A stretch of 64,000 nucleotides of DNA from Andalucia godoyi And28 (Eukaryota; Protista; Jakobida), in contig VRVR01000020.1 of assembly GCA_009859145.1 (NCBI GenBank), positions 296,452 to 360,451 of the forward strand, in the 5' to 3' direction. The translations under genes were made by a program, and so were the position numbers. A model generated the notes under the pieces. The model saw nothing but the letters and a program-made list of their open reading frames with translations. It made no database searches and was not told the DNA's origin. This document shows, piece after piece, positions 1-11,073 of this stretch; position 1 is the first letter of the stretch; every line of letters begins with the position of its first letter.

Positions 1-369
1 TATGCTCATATGTTTCCCGGGCATTCGGACCACCCCTGACAAGGCACAGCACGTGCATGTTTTAATTCTTAAAATATTAATTATCATAATGTGGTACAGA
101 AGTGGCCTTTCCCCTTATTCTGTGCCCGATATCGATATTCGTCTGTTCCACGAGAGCCAAAGAAAACATGGCCTAATTCGGGTATCTGGGGGTTTTTTTT
201 TACAACGGGCACGATTGGACAGCAGTATAGCAGAAAGTTTATGTATGTACAACAAGAGGCAGGAACCAAGAATCCGGAATACACAACAATGATACAAAAC
301 TCATAAATATAGCAATAGTAGTACAGCAACAACACAGAGGAGAAGAAGGAGAAAAAGAGGAGGAGGCTC

Positions 370-1368
370 CTATTGGACAAAATCGCTATTGGAGGAGAGT
401 TCGCAATAGACGCTGAAGAGATCCAGCTTGAGCATGCAGGACTGATCCTCGCCGACGGAGTGAGAAAACGTAAACGATGCACCCGGGGCAACCTGAGACG
501 GGGTTGGGTTTGGATACTCGGGAAATGCAATTGTCTTGTACAACGAATCCACATCGAATCCAAACAGATTCGTGCTGCTGGTGCTGTTGATAGTAGACAA
601 GGAAGACAGGTAAGAGTGGTGCGTACCGATCGCGGGCTTTTGACAGATGTTTTGTTTCTGCTGCTGCTGCTGTTGTTGTTGTTGATCCGAGATATCCGAC
701 ACCATCATCGCCTTTGTTTGGCCAGTTGGGACGAACTGCATACCAGCCATCCACTTATCGTCTACCTGCACGTTTGCCAAGTCGAGACCAGGACTGATCT
801 CCATTGTGACGGACTCCATTGACGCCGGACTCGATCCAGATGATATTACAGAGTTGTCGACTTCTTCAACGTTTGTGAGTTGGAATGAATTTCTCTTGCT
901 CTTTGACTCTGCGTTGGACAGACGCTGGAAGTACGTATATGCGTGGTTCTTGACTTGGCGCGGCGACCGCGTCTTCATCAGTCGAGAGATTGCAGCCCAC
1001 TTCCCGCGGCCACAGACCCGAAGGGACTCTTCAAACATCCTCTCTTCGTCTGCAGACCAGGGTTTTTTGTGTGTGTCCACTCCCGTTGGAGCCTCTTTGA
1101 AGGACTTGACACCCCCGCGACTGCTGCCCGACAACGAGGTCGTTGACAACTTGCGCCCCATTCGTGACTGCGAGCTGTCCGCTGCAGCAGCACACGAACT
1201 GTTGTATGCACCGACCGTGTGCGACAGGGGCATCGTGTTGTCGGCAGAGGGAAATGCGGGAAGTGATGCAGACTCATCGGCAAAGTGGTCTGGTGACCCG
1301 TTCGCAATGAGAAACGAAAGCAGCAACGCAGGCTGGGCGTCGGCGTTGTAGGCCAGTGGAGTGAGCAT
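370..1368 (-). CDS. Single-repeat Myb (SHAQKYF-class-like) transcription factor
   Basis: Myb repeat PWSADEERMFEESLRVCGRGKWAAISRLMKTRSPRQVKNHAYTYF plus poly-Q and low-complexity regions. Start taken at MLTPLAY (ATG 1368), because the upstream part of the 1470 ORF is pyrimidine-rich leader-like sequence. Confidence 0.85.
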   Translation of the reverse strand: MLTPLAYNADAQPALLLSFLIANGSPDHFADESASLPAFPSADNTMPLSHTVGAYNSSCAAAADSSQSRMGRKLSTTSLSGSSRGGVKSFKEAPTGVDTHKKPWSADEERMFEESLRVCGRGKWAAISRLMKTRSPRQVKNHAYTYFQRLSNAESKSKRNSFQLTNVEEVDNSVISSGSSPASMESVTMEISPGLDLANVQVDDKWMAGMQFVPTGQTKAMMVSDISDQQQQQQQQQKQNICQKPAIGTHHSYLSSLSTINSTSSTNLFGFDVDSLYKTIAFPEYPNPTPSQVAPGASFTFSHSVGEDQSCMLKLDLFSVYCELSSNSDFVQ

Positions 1369-2959
1369 GTCGGAAGACAGCAGGAGCAGATGCAGGAAAA
1401 GAAAAGAAAAAAAAAGGATGTGGAACGGAACGAAGGAACCGCAAGGAAACCGTGAGTGTGCACAAATCAAAAGGAAGTCAGTATCAGTGGAGAAGAGGGC
1501 GGAGGGGGGTTTAGGAGAGGAGAAGGGGGATAAAGGCGTGGAGAGAAGGCGAAGAAAAACAAAACGGAGATGCTTCGTCTTCGTTTACCAGGTTGTTTAC
1601 TCCATGTCGGAAGAAAAGGGGGACAGAAAAACCGTCGAGCAACGAGTATGCTCACCTCGCAGACGGATTTGCTTGCATTTTCACAGAGCGCTCTCCAAGC
1701 GCAGTGAGTGGGTACGAGCAATGATCCGCCTTTGGCACTTCTCGGTCTTCGTCCGCACAGAGCTTTGAAGCAGCTTGTAGCAACACAGCGAGGACCTATT
1801 TCGATAGTGGGCCCATGGGCGGCAAAAGGACGTGCAGGCAATTTGTCTGCAAGGGAAATTACCGTGCCCATGCAGCTTGTGGTCGGAACTCCTCCGTCGG
1901 ATTTCTAACAGGAGGACGTGCCGGCTCGCGCTGTGCGAGGAACGGCAGAGATGCTGCTCCGACGTGATTCCGGAAAGGCTACGTCTTGTTGTCGGCAACT
2001 GATGGTTGGCGGCTTCGTCACATTGCTGCCTGCACCCACTGACAGTCTGCTTGCACATTTGCGATCCTTCTAAAGACACAAGCGAACCCACTGCTTGAGG
2101 TTTCGTGATGGATGCAATGCTCTGTGTAAGCACTTCAAGCGGAGACGTATTGGCGCACGGCGACGACGGCGACGCAGACGCTGATCGAATTCGACCAATG
2201 GGGACACGCCAGAAGTTGTTGTGTTTCGATCTGAATCATCTTTTCGTGCAAGCGATCCGCGGAAGGCCCGAACGGGTAATGGCAAACGGGTGATTTTTTA
2301 CTGGTATGTGCTCAGAGCGGGGGGGCGAAGGTGGTCTTTTCTCCTTTCTCAACAACTATGCAAACAAAAACAAAAACAAAAACAAAAAAACCCTGCACGT
2401 CTTGGCTGCTGAACAAAAAACAACAATACAAAGCAGTGGAAGCTGGATCATGTTTCATGTATGTTCCCAGTCGAGATTGAATGCGGTCCGGAAAAAAAAA
2501 CAGTACTATAAATGATAATAAATGCATAAAAAGCCAGTAAAGTGTAACATTAAAAAACAAGGCGTGGCAACGGGCAACACAATAGTCCTTTCGCGGCCTG
2601 TTCCTCGTTCTTTGCTCCATGGCCCCCCGGCTTCCCGTTCTTTTTGGCACCTTGGTTCAAAACATGGGCGCACTGCGCACGCTGCACATCCTGCACAGCT
2701 TCCCGCCGCGCCTTGTCGTTGCGACGCTCGTAGTGCGCGCTTTTTCGGAATCAAATGGACGATAATCGCTTTCCGAATCCGCGAACTTTTATGCTTTGGT
2801 ATGTTTTTAATAATTATAATTATGTTGTTTCAGCGCTTTTTTTTTTCCAGTCCAGCATTTGAGGAAGCGAAAAGAGGACCAAGCGGCTAATCTTTCGTTC
2901 AACACGGTTACTTGTGACTTTTTGGAAACGCAGGCGTCAGGAGAAAGCAAGACAGGAGA

Positions 2960-4570
2960 ATGGAAGACGACAGGCTTGGGTCTTCTGAACTTCCCGATGA
3001 TATGATTGAGCGTCTTGAAGGAGGGAACGACGACGGGGAGCTTGACGAGGCGGAAGGGGATTTTCTGGATCCCAGCGACGGGAATGTGATTTATCTGGAT
3101 GAGTACGCGGGAGAGGACGATGGCGTTGACGACGAGGGCCGCGATCCTGATGTTTCTGACGCGCGTGCTGAGAATGAGGTGGAGCCGGAGGATATGGAGG
3201 ATCTTGTAGACGATTCTTTTGCGAGAGTCCAAGCCCATTCCTCGGCGGTGGTCGCTGTTGCGTTTTCGCCTGTCGACGACGGCCTTATCGCAACAGGGGC
3301 GTGTGATGACAAGGGATTTGTGTATCACTTTGGAGCCGCTGGCGCCGAGTTTGATGATCCGCTGCTTACCATGACGGGATTCAAAGACACCATCTCTGCA
3401 CTTGCATTTTCCTTTGACGGCGCGTACCTTGCAGCCGGTGGGCTTGATTCGCGAGTGGTCATTTACTCGCAGGAATCTGCAATTCATGCCACCTCGAACA
3501 GCACCAGCACCAGCACCAGCACCAGCAGTAGCACCAGCAGCGGTGGCGGACATGATGGCGAGAAGAGTCCCGAAAAGAGTTTGAAGCGCGAGCGGGTGCT
3601 GCCGTCGAAGTGGAAAATAGCAGTGGAGATTGAGGGACCACAAGCGGGCATTGAGTGGTTTTCGTGGCATCCACGTGGCCCCGTGTTGCTCGCAGGACTC
3701 GAGGACGGGTCGTTGTGGATGTGGAAGATTCCCCAGGGTACATACATGCAGACATTCTGGGGACATACGGGTCGGTGTGTTGCGGGATCGTTCACTGCGG
3801 ATGGCAAGCTGGCGGTTTCCGCTTCCGAGGATGGAACGGTTCGCATTTGGAATCCAAAGACTGGCTCTGCAATGCATACTATCCAAGGATTTGAACTTCA
3901 TGGGAACAAGGAGTCGTTCAAGATGCCGTCCCGCAGAGACGAGGATGGCATGGAGGTCTTTGATGAGGACGAAGACGGCGATGATGATGACAGCAGCAAG
4001 AATGGCGGAATCGGCATGACCACCATCGCCGTCCATCCAGCGGATCGTGATCAAACGAGATATCTTGTGATGACCGGTGACGAGTCTGGAACAGTGTGTC
4101 TGTTGCATGCGGACCAGGGCAAGGTTCTCAAGCGTTTCCTGCATGTGCATCGCATGGGTACAAACAAGCTTCTTACTTCCAGCGCAGAATCCTCTGGCGC
4201 GATCCCCTCTGTGGAATGTGTTGGGTTTTCTCCAAAGTTTGCGTTTGCCGCCTCGGGCGGGATGGACGGTAAGCTTATCATCTGGGATCTGACTGCGATG
4301 GTCGTCCGGTCCGAGTTGCTGCATCCCGCAGGTGTCACACGGCTTGCCTGGCATCCAGAGGAATGCTGGGTGTGGACGTCGTGTGCAGACGGAATGGTTC
4401 GACTGTGGGATGCTCGTGCAGGAACGCTCATCAGAAAATTTTCTGGACATGAAGACGTGATCATGTCCCTTGCGGTCAGCGGAAATGGAAACAGAGCAGT
4501 CACCGGAGACGATGCCGGGGTGTCCATTGTATTCGACAAGTCGTTTGTTCAATCTGCGGAATCGCAATAA
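2960..4570 (+). CDS. SQT1: WD40 beta-propeller with acidic N-terminus, SQT1/AAMP-like (Rpl10 assembly chaperone)
   Basis: 536-aa ORF with an acidic N-tail followed by WD repeats (WFSWHPRGPVLLAGLEDGSLWMW, GHTGRCVAGSFTADGK, GHEDVIMSL), matching the Sqt1/AAMP layout. Confidence 0.8.
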   Translation: MEDDRLGSSELPDDMIERLEGGNDDGELDEAEGDFLDPSDGNVIYLDEYAGEDDGVDDEGRDPDVSDARAENEVEPEDMEDLVDDSFARVQAHSSAVVAVAFSPVDDGLIATGACDDKGFVYHFGAAGAEFDDPLLTMTGFKDTISALAFSFDGAYLAAGGLDSRVVIYSQESAIHATSNSTSTSTSTSSSTSSGGGHDGEKSPEKSLKRERVLPSKWKIAVEIEGPQAGIEWFSWHPRGPVLLAGLEDGSLWMWKIPQGTYMQTFWGHTGRCVAGSFTADGKLAVSASEDGTVRIWNPKTGSAMHTIQGFELHGNKESFKMPSRRDEDGMEVFDEDEDGDDDDSSKNGGIGMTTIAVHPADRDQTRYLVMTGDESGTVCLLHADQGKVLKRFLHVHRMGTNKLLTSSAESSGAIPSVECVGFSPKFAFAASGGMDGKLIIWDLTAMVVRSELLHPAGVTRLAWHPEECWVWTSCADGMVRLWDARAGTLIRKFSGHEDVIMSLAVSGNGNRAVTGDDAGVSIVFDKSFVQSAESQ

Positions 4571-4826
4571 TTAAATGAATAAAATAACAATAATAACAAT
4601 AATAGCAATAAGAATACTGCTGTCGTTTGCTGCTGTCAATTTTTTTAAAACTGGAATTTCAAACGAGAGCACCAAACACGGCGGCACTCTCCAGGATGTG
4701 TCATCTTTCAAATGACGTCGGTGCAAAGGTAGTGGGAGCTGTACATCCGGAAACAATGATTGAAGAAAAAGGGGAAAGCGAAGAAGAAGAGAGAAAGAAA
4801 AAAAGAAAGAAAAAAGAAAAACTGGA

Positions 4827-5142
4827 CTATGAGGACGTCTGGTGTGCTAGAAACTTTGCCCATGCTTTTTGCAGAGCTGTTTGTTGCTCGTAGTTTGCCG
4901 CGATGGTTTCGAGATCACTCTCTCTATACATCCCACGAACCCGCAAAGAAAGTAAGACCATGAACGAAACGGCAAAAAATAAATACATGAAATAAATCCG
5001 AAGACTCGTGCAAACTGGAAAAGAAAACGTACATTGTTCGCAGCAAAGAGTGGAATGTGGACATTGTTTTCCGTATGGACTGGAGAGTCGCAAGTTCCTC
5101 TGCAGGAGTCGCAAACATTGAGTCTGTTGCGACGACACTCAT
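4827..5142 (-). CDS. Small two-exon coiled-coil protein (about 68 aa), possibly a DASH/Dam1 Duo1-like subunit
   Basis: Exons 5033-5142 and 4827-4923 joined by a 109-nt GTACGT...TATAG intron (4924-5032) give MSVVATDSMFATPAEELATLQSIRKTMSTFHSLLRTIESDLETIAANYEQQTALQKAWAKFLAHQTSS. Confidence 0.55.
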
Positions 5143-5851
5143 CGGTTATCTGTTCGAATTTTGAAGTATCGTTAGAGCGGAGTTGTTCCTCGCCGATAGG
5201 GCGTTCACGACGACAACAAGAAGAACCACGCGTTGAAACTCGGTCGTTCGCAGCGTTCTGTGTTCAGCCGTCTTTTGTGAATTTTCTTTTGTTGTTCCCA
5301 AGTATCACTTGATGCTAAGAATTCCCCGATGTTCCAGAATTCCCGAAGGCCTTGAGCGTCCGTAGAAAACCCAGAGGTTTCAGCACTGAGAAGTCTGAAC
5401 AGCGTGTCCTCTAAAACCGCTCACGCCACGCAGGATCTCCAAACAAATGTCTCGGTTCTCGAGCGACACCTTTCGGCCCGCTATCACACTCAACTAATAG
5501 CAGGACACATGCTCATACACACACACAACTCTCTCTCTCTCTCACTCTTTCTCACTCTCTGTCTCTTATATTGATTTTGAATTGTTTCGGCTATTGAAGC
5601 AGCACTTGAAGATTCCATGACGACTGGCGAGTACCGCTGAGGAGTTATGCATTAATTAATTTTTAAAAACCCCCAATTTCCAGGTTATCCGTCTCTCTGT
5701 TTCTTGCCACACGGTCCACCTGATTTTTCCCGGACATGATACCATTTTCCTCGGCTTCCGACTGAGCTGATATTTACTTCGCAGCTTCCAGAAAAAAAAA
5801 TCGGTGGTGTTTTTCCTCTAAAAGAATTAATTCTCTTTTGGTTGCATCGAA

Positions 5852-6529
5852 ATGGAAATGAGATCTATGACTCCTACGGTTGGGATGGACTTGAACAACC
5901 ATGAGTGTTTGATTCGCACAGCCGCAGCGACGGTCCCTGCTGCGCAAGACGGAGTCGAGTACCTTGTGCGAGAGCACGAGGAGTTTCGAGCGATGTTTGA
6001 ACGATTTCGAAAGACGAGCAACGAAGATCTTCGGTATCATCTTATCGGTACGATTGTGAAGCGGGTGGCGCAGCATGAATCGATTGAAGAACAGTCTGTG
6101 TACCCAATGTACCGAGATCGACTCCCCCACGGAAAGCACATATATGCTCGTGCGCTCACGGAAGGTGCGGCCAACAGAGACGCCCTGTGTGCACTGACAA
6201 ACCTTCTATCGGGCGCACATGGGTTTTCATCAAGCACTGCAAAATTCAAGATCCACCAGGGTGGCCCGAGCGTCCAAGGGGCTGACGAGCTGTTCTTTCG
6301 GGCTGCAGAAGCGTTCTTCATCACGGAGGAAGTCCACATGAAGCAAGAAGAGACGTGGCTTCATCAGCTGCAGTCTGAAATGACTGCTTCCGAGCTTGAA
6401 TCGCTGCATCGTACTCTCGTGCAACTCGGGCGATTCACGCCTACTCATCCTGCTCCACGCATCCCCGCCCGGCCATTGCATCGCTGCCGCAGTCTGTTTC
6501 GCAACGACTGTAGTATGCGGCCGATTTGA
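5852..6529 (+). CDS. Hemerythrin/HHE cation-binding domain protein
   Basis: Motifs EHEEF, QHESIEEQSVYP, HMKQEE and C-terminal TPTHP, as in the bacterial/fungal HHE family. Confidence 0.8.
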   Translation: MEMRSMTPTVGMDLNNHECLIRTAAATVPAAQDGVEYLVREHEEFRAMFERFRKTSNEDLRYHLIGTIVKRVAQHESIEEQSVYPMYRDRLPHGKHIYARALTEGAANRDALCALTNLLSGAHGFSSSTAKFKIHQGGPSVQGADELFFRAAEAFFITEEVHMKQEETWLHQLQSEMTASELESLHRTLVQLGRFTPTHPAPRIPARPLHRCRSLFRNDCSMRPI

Positions 6530-6808
6530 TGCTTGACGACTTTCGTGCATCAACTCGTCGTAAAGCGAATTTCCTTTTTCCTTTTTCCTTTCCCTTTTCC
6601 TTTTCCTTTTCCTTTTTCCCTTTTCCTTTCTACGTTGTAATCTGCATTTGCCTTTTTCTCCTTCTTCTTTCTCTTCTCCCGTTTATTATTCATTTGTTTA
6701 ATCCCACAGTATCCTGAGAGTCCGTGCCAGAACAGAAAGGGAACAAAGAAAAAGAACAGTGAGAAGAGGAAAAAGAAAAAGAAAACAAGGATATTGAATA
6801 CGGAGAAA

Positions 6809-7549
6809 ATGTCATCATCGTTTGAGGAGAATTTGGATGAGCAATGTCGAGGAGATCGACCGTACGACTTTCCAACGCTGCTGGATGCAGTTCGAAGCAT
6901 GCTGGTGGATGGGACCTTAACAGATAGTGGGTGTTTACTGTCTTCGATTCCGACGATATCAAAGGTGTTTACGCTTGCCTTGGCTGCGCTGCCTGAGCCG
7001 CATTTTTCTCTAGTGCGATGCCTGATGCCGTCGGCCGTGGTGGACTCGGATGCGGGGCTTACGTCTCTTTCCAGCGCGTGCGATGCGTTTGAAAAGGCCG
7101 ATTTCCCGACCGCCTGGACGCTGCTTGCTGCCGCCCATCCTCCTCATGTGGCGGCACTCGAGGCGTCTCTCCGTGCATATGTCGTCGATGTCATGGCACG
7201 CACGTGTGTGTCGCTCCCGGCTTCGGAAGCCGCTGCCATGCTCGGACTCAAGACGCAGGGTAGCACTGCTTCGTCGGATGATGCAGCGGTCGTTGCAGCG
7301 ACCATCACAGCTGCGCTTGCTACGCTTCGAAAGAGAGATCCGCAAGCGGCACCCTCGGCTGGTCTCAAGGTTTCCACTGCTTCGCAAAGCAAAGACGGCC
7401 AGCAGCGGTGGTACATCCGCTTCGAGGGCCATGGCGCGGCGTCGGCAGTTCTGGCGTCTTCGAATTCGGAAAATGCAGCGTCTCGAAGAGCGGCACCGCC
7501 TGTCGAGCAGGTTGCAAGAGCTTTCTCGGTCCTTGCCAAGGCTCGTTGA
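6809..7549 (+). CDS. EIF3K: Eukaryotic translation initiation factor 3 subunit K-like (CSN8/PSMD8/eIF3K PCI domain)
   Basis: YDFPTLL...LALAALPEPHFSLVRCLMP...DAFEKADFPTAW aligns by eye with eIF3k (YDLEANL...LKALTNLPHTDFTLCKC...LETCDFQQFW). Divergent. Confidence 0.65.
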   Translation: MSSSFEENLDEQCRGDRPYDFPTLLDAVRSMLVDGTLTDSGCLLSSIPTISKVFTLALAALPEPHFSLVRCLMPSAVVDSDAGLTSLSSACDAFEKADFPTAWTLLAAAHPPHVAALEASLRAYVVDVMARTCVSLPASEAAAMLGLKTQGSTASSDDAAVVAATITAALATLRKRDPQAAPSAGLKVSTASQSKDGQQRWYIRFEGHGAASAVLASSNSENAASRRAAPPVEQVARAFSVLAKAR

Positions 7550-7777
7550 GCAACTGGGGCATTGTCGTCATTCGTGGAGTATAAAAGATAAAGATTTCTA
7601 AAACCTGCTTTCAAAAAGCACGCTGTTTTTAAATTTTTAAATTTTAATTTAAATAATTCTTTTTTACATTAATTTTTTACATTGATATTTTTAGCCGGGG
7701 AAGGGAGTAGACAGAAGAAACCCAGGAAGGAAAGAAAGGGGAGAAGAAGAAAAAGCACAAAGAAACACACACTCTAG

Positions 7778-9292
7778 TTATGATGATGATGAGGAGGAGG
7801 ACGACGAGGAGGACGACAATGATGATGAAGAGGTTCGGTTGACAGGAAAGAACAGAGCAGAAAAGTGCTCGGAAAGAATTGATTCGAGAGATTGGGAGAG
7901 GGAAAGCTGTGATGCAGGTGGAACGGAGTGCCAGTGCGTATGCTCGACTGCCCAACCGAGTCTGTGCAGTGCGTTGTGCAGCGCAGGGTCCATTCCGGTT
8001 GCCGAGAACATCGTGTGCTGCAATGCTGCAGCGTGTGATGGCGATGCACCTGTGGACCATGGGAACGTACCGCTGTTGCTGCTGCTGATGGGGTTGCTTC
8101 CGACGGCCGTGCTACCCAATGTGCTGCCGCCAGAGATGACTGACCGGAAGGAGTGGCCACGGGAAACAGAGCGTGCTGGAAGGAAGCCCTGCATCGAGCC
8201 GGAACTGTGCTGTGTTGGTGTTGGTGTTGGTGTTGGTGCTGGAGCTGGAGCTGGAGCTGGTGCTGGAATTGTGAGAACTGGTGGGTTTGGCGAAGTGTAT
8301 AAATTGTGGATGCTTGTCTTTGACGCGGAACGATTGCGCCACGAAACAGAGGACGAAGAACTGGAGGAGGTGGAGGAGGCAGAAGCCGCATTCGGAGATT
8401 GGGAAAACGAAAACGTCGACACGGTGGTTGGAATGGAGCCGGTGGATGAGGTGGGTGTTCCAACCGTGCCAGCCGGACCGATGACAACTGGTTCAGCGAG
8501 CACATGCAGACTGCGGTGGGGAAGCGGAATTCGTGCAGAACGCGGTGTGTTGGTCGGTATGACGTTGTTCATCTGCATAAACGCGTCCGCAGAAGGTAAT
8601 TGTGGCTGCCGCTGCGACTGCGAATTGGCATGCGGCGGGGCGTTCGTGTGGCTTGGGGGCCCGTACTGTTCCATCGCAATGACGGGCCGATGGTGCGGAT
8701 CGAATACACGACTGGACGCGGATCCTGGTGCAGGTCGGCTGGGATTGGAATACACGGACCACGAATGCGATCCTTCCTTGACAAGCTTTGTGCGCTCAAG
8801 CATATCTGCGTAGGCAGGATCCACGTCTCGAAAATGCACAGCGCTTGTGCTCGTGCTGGAATTTGAAAGTGCACTGAACGAACTGCCGATAGGGCCAGGC
8901 GGTGCTGCACTGCTTCTACCCAGCGAGAACCCCGAACATGGAAACCTTGCTGGGCGGCCAGAGGGAAGTGACCCAGTGTAGATGCAAGGCTCAAATGCTT
9001 CTCGGCAACGCCTGCACGGCGGTCCAGTGCGGTCGCATTTTTTGTGCAGACTGCGACAACGCACGCAGGAGACTGACTGTCGTCCCGACGCTGCTTCTGC
9101 GTCTGATTCAAGCAACTGAGACCGACCAGCTGCTTCATCACTCGCGTTCTCCAGAATTAAACCACTGGACGAAAATTCAGGCATGTTTGCAGAATCCTGT
9201 TCCGCAGTGGAAGAGTGTATTCGACGAGAGATGCGTCGGAGAATCGGGAGGTCCTGATCATCCTCCTTGCTGTTCTGCGACTGTTCTTGCAT
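7778..9292 (-). CDS. Zn(II)2Cys6 (GAL4-type) binuclear cluster transcription factor
   Basis: CVRCRSLHKKCDRTGPPCRRCREAFEPCIY fits C-x2-C-x6-C-x5-6-C-x2-C-x6-C. The remainder is S/P/T-rich low complexity. Confidence 0.85.
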   Translation of the reverse strand: MQEQSQNSKEDDQDLPILRRISRRIHSSTAEQDSANMPEFSSSGLILENASDEAAGRSQLLESDAEAASGRQSVSCVRCRSLHKKCDRTGPPCRRCREAFEPCIYTGSLPSGRPARFPCSGFSLGRSSAAPPGPIGSSFSALSNSSTSTSAVHFRDVDPAYADMLERTKLVKEGSHSWSVYSNPSRPAPGSASSRVFDPHHRPVIAMEQYGPPSHTNAPPHANSQSQRQPQLPSADAFMQMNNVIPTNTPRSARIPLPHRSLHVLAEPVVIGPAGTVGTPTSSTGSIPTTVSTFSFSQSPNAASASSTSSSSSSSVSWRNRSASKTSIHNLYTSPNPPVLTIPAPAPAPAPAPTPTPTPTQHSSGSMQGFLPARSVSRGHSFRSVISGGSTLGSTAVGSNPISSSNSGTFPWSTGASPSHAAALQHTMFSATGMDPALHNALHRLGWAVEHTHWHSVPPASQLSLSQSLESILSEHFSALFFPVNRTSSSSLSSSSSSSSSSSS

Positions 9293-11073
9293 TTGTTCTC
9301 ACGCGCTGCCATATGTACACGCAACGGTCGTTTCGCAAGATGTATCACATACAACAAATCCAGTGACCCTGCGTGACGCGTCGGCGACGGAGCCTTTGGG
9401 AGTGCAGAGAAGAACAGAATGTGTGTCTCGGCGCCGAATCGAGCTGACTCTGTCGAACATCAAAATACGCAACAACAAAAAAACCCACTTCCTCTTCTCT
9501 AAACAGTACAAGAAAAGGATGCTGTGGGGCCGCACTCAACGCTGACTGGGGTGTCCTTTTTTCCTTGAATGGTTGACCAAAGAATGCCCGAGATTCCAGC
9601 ATCCCCCCAAGTAAAATGAACGGGCACGGTACACGCGGAATGAACTTGATCCATCATTCTTGACTGCATTCCTCCCGTATGTGCCGGGAAAGGGGTCACG
9701 TCCTCGCAGGCATGTGCTTGCAGTGCTGCAGCTTCGTAAACTTGACCGTCGCCGTCATCCGTGCAGATGGTAGTCGGCACAAAACATTCCTGGAAAGTCT
9801 ATTGTGTTGCATCGCAGCAGACGCTTCAGATTGCAGCGGAGGTTTCCTGTCGTCTCGTCTTCGTTTTGCTGGCATCGGAGCCACCTCCCCGGGCTGTTGC
9901 TTCGTCTTTGCAGTGCACGAGGGGACGGAGGAATCACGAAGAAGAGGAGGAAAAAGGACACAATGATACAACCATTGGATACCCTTATGTTTACTTTATG
10001 TGTAACAGACAGATACCCCCTCCTTCCGGGGAGACACAAAGCCCCCCGTCTCCGGTGGTCCTGCTAGCGTGTCCGTCATTTTGCAGCAAAATACAACTCT
10101 CGGGCCCCCTCCACTTTCCGCTTTTGGGAGCCCTCTTTTTCCCCCCGAGTCGTCCAAGCATGCCTGTCCAGTGCCCCCCCTCTCCCCTCTCCCCCCTCTT
10201 GGCATGCTTGTGGAAAATCGAGACCCACGGCGGGAAGGGGAGAAAGAGAGAGGGAGAGAGAGAGAGAGAGAGAGAGAAGGGGGAGGCGATCGAACAACAA
10301 AAGGAGCCACACGGTCAAGCAGCTGTTTTCACGACACACCACCTCCACGCCTCTTCCACTTTGGAATTCTTACTTTGTCCGCTTCGACCAAAGGCGAGCA
10401 GCTGTCACACCTCTGCAGAAACGGTACCTAAGCGTAAAATTACATGTCTTTTCCCCAACTCTTCCTCCGAATTCGCACTTCTCCTCGCGTGTGTGTGACA
10501 ACGTTCGCTGATTCGTGACTGCTCGGGATGCACGCATTCCTGCCCGATTCAGATTTGCGCACGATAAAGCCGACTTGCCTTTTTGAACCAAAACCATGCA
10601 TTCTGCTCGGGCTCCGCAGCTCAAAAGAATACTTCTGCACGGACGTTCCAGTAAGGGTGCTCCATCCAAAGTTTCCATTTTGAACATCTCTCCGAACCTT
10701 CCTTTTTCAACATCGGAACAAATTTTCGACACGAGCAGAACAAAGAATCTGTGCAGACAGTGCTCCTGAATGGAGTAAAACCCCCCCACAAGCAAAAGCG
10801 GATGAAAGGACAAAGAAGGATAGGAAAAGAGAGCAATTCCGTGGTCGCTCCGCGATCGAGTCTGCGCACCACCAGCACCTTTTGACTGTTATCGCCGTAC
10901 GTCGTGCGTCCTCGAGAGGAGGGGCATTTTTGGGTGTTTGCAGTACGACTCCGGGGGATCGCCAACGGGATCTCGAGACTGCAAACAACAATTCTTTGCT
11001 GCATTTGCTTGTCCGAGCGAGCCAGGCACACAAAGAGAGAAAAAAAAAAGGGAAAAAGGAAAAAAAAAAGATG

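Noticed and set aside
1-176. Possible 3' end of a plus-strand membrane-protein gene (...VAFPLILCPISIFVCSTRAKENMA*) after an AT-rich intron
   Set aside because: Truncated by the window edge; the donor site and frame cannot be fixed.
5380-5515. RNase P-like GAAGTCTGA motif and a GTGTCCT/AGGACAC inverted repeat
   Set aside because: The complementary P4 partner strand was not found at a suitable distance on either strand.
6470-6580. Alternative-frame AADLMLDDFR resembling a hemerythrin C-terminal helix (possible frameshift)
   Set aside because: That frame has a TAG immediately upstream, and no canonical intron restores it.
7839-8813. 324-aa plus-strand ORF antisense to the Zn2Cys6 gene
   Set aside because: A shadow of low-complexity S/P/T codons with no domain.
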